The position numbers and the translations under genes are program-made. From a virus, in IMG/VR virus record IMGVR_UViG_3300029455_000002, positions 13,617-77,616 of that record: 64,000 nucleotides of DNA. The stretch is one strand, 5' to 3'. The notes beneath the pieces are model-generated. The model ran no database searches, had not been told where the DNA came from, and worked only from the letters and a program-made list of their open reading frames with translations. Shown here one piece after another: positions 63,560-64,000 of the stretch. Numbering within the stretch: the first letter of the stretch is position 1; every line of letters starts with the position of its first letter.

Positions 63560-64000
63560 AATGCTATAAGGGATTTGACAAAGACTTAAAATGCCGTGAT
63601 TTTCAGTATGAAATCGGCAAGGAGTATGAAGAAGAAAGAGCCGAAATTTGCGATACTGGATTTCATGCTTGTGAGAATCCGTTGGATGTATTTGGATATT
63701 ATGCACCGGCTGATTCCAGATATTGCGAAGTCGATCTGGATGCAAACGATCAGAAATCTGACGACAGCAAGAGAGTAGGAAAGAAGATTTCGATTAAAGC
63801 AGAAATCGGAATTGCCGGAATTATTAAAGCCGGTCTGGAGTACATCAAAGATCAGGTTAACTGGGACGATGATAAAAAGTCCAACACCGGAAACTGGTCA
63901 GCGGCAACCAACACCGGAATCCGGTCAGCGGCAACCAACACCGGAAACTGGTCAGCGGCAACCAACACCGGAATCCGGTCAGCGGCAACCAACACCGGAG
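63556..64000 (+). CDS. phage protein with an N-terminal Cys/His domain and NTGxxSAAT nonapeptide repeats; 3' end outside window
   Basis: ATGA coupling; manual translation gives [24 protein letters not shown]...[11 protein letters not shown], then repeats; open to the window end. Confidence 0.6.
   Translation, partial: [148 protein letters not shown]
63883..64000 (+). repeat. 27-nt tandem repeat (alternating two variants), at least 4.4 copies
   Basis: AACACCGGAAACTGGTCAGCGGCAACC alternates with AACACCGGAATCCGGTCAGCGGCAACC. Confidence 0.9.

Overview
The window reads as most of one temperate siphovirus-type phage genome. The host looks like a low-GC Gram-positive bacterium (Bacillota/Clostridia-like); this is an inference from AGGAGG-type RBSs, XhlA/LemA-type genes and the integrase family. 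Coding is almost entirely on the + strand.

Order of modules:
- 0-3.7 kb: early and replication genes (replisome organizer, DnaC-like loader).
- 3.7-5.2 kb: tyrosine integrase with an attP-like site.
- 5.3-6.1 kb: frameshifted DUF4417 gene.
- 6.2-7.0 kb: ORF-free, GC-rich region.
- 7.1-8.9 kb: minus-strand cluster of small genes.
- 8.9-9.3 kb: RHH gene embedded in six ATAACGCACATA iterons.
- 10.97 kb: terS-like gene.
- 11.9-13.9 kb: serine-recombinase cassette.
- 14.86-15.78 kb: tRNA array with structured spacers.
- 16-19.7 kb: antirepressor and LemA morons.
- From 19.7 kb: terL, portal and head genes.
- 26.9-38.0 kb: an 11-kb accessory block that interrupts the head-tail joining genes. It carries XhlA-like, sigma-like and low-complexity Cys/Gly/Asn-rich genes and two paralogous fibre genes. 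It also holds a complete diversity-generating retroelement (VR 33348-33449, TR 33599-33700, RT 33905-35134) and ends with a second tyrosine recombinase.
- 38-52.6 kb: head-closure genes, Rha, holin, major tail, G/GT chaperone with an A7 slippery site, 1655-aa tape measure, and a 1523-aa Ig/LRR-decorated tail protein.
- 52.6-53.1 kb: iteron- and palindrome-rich non-coding region.
- 53.2-57.1 kb: endolysin, then an orphan LytTR regulator island.
- 58.1-59.1 kb: lysogeny switch.
- 59.1 kb to the window end: more early genes.

No rRNA gene and no CRISPR array were seen. All family assignments come from motif recognition by eye, not from searches.
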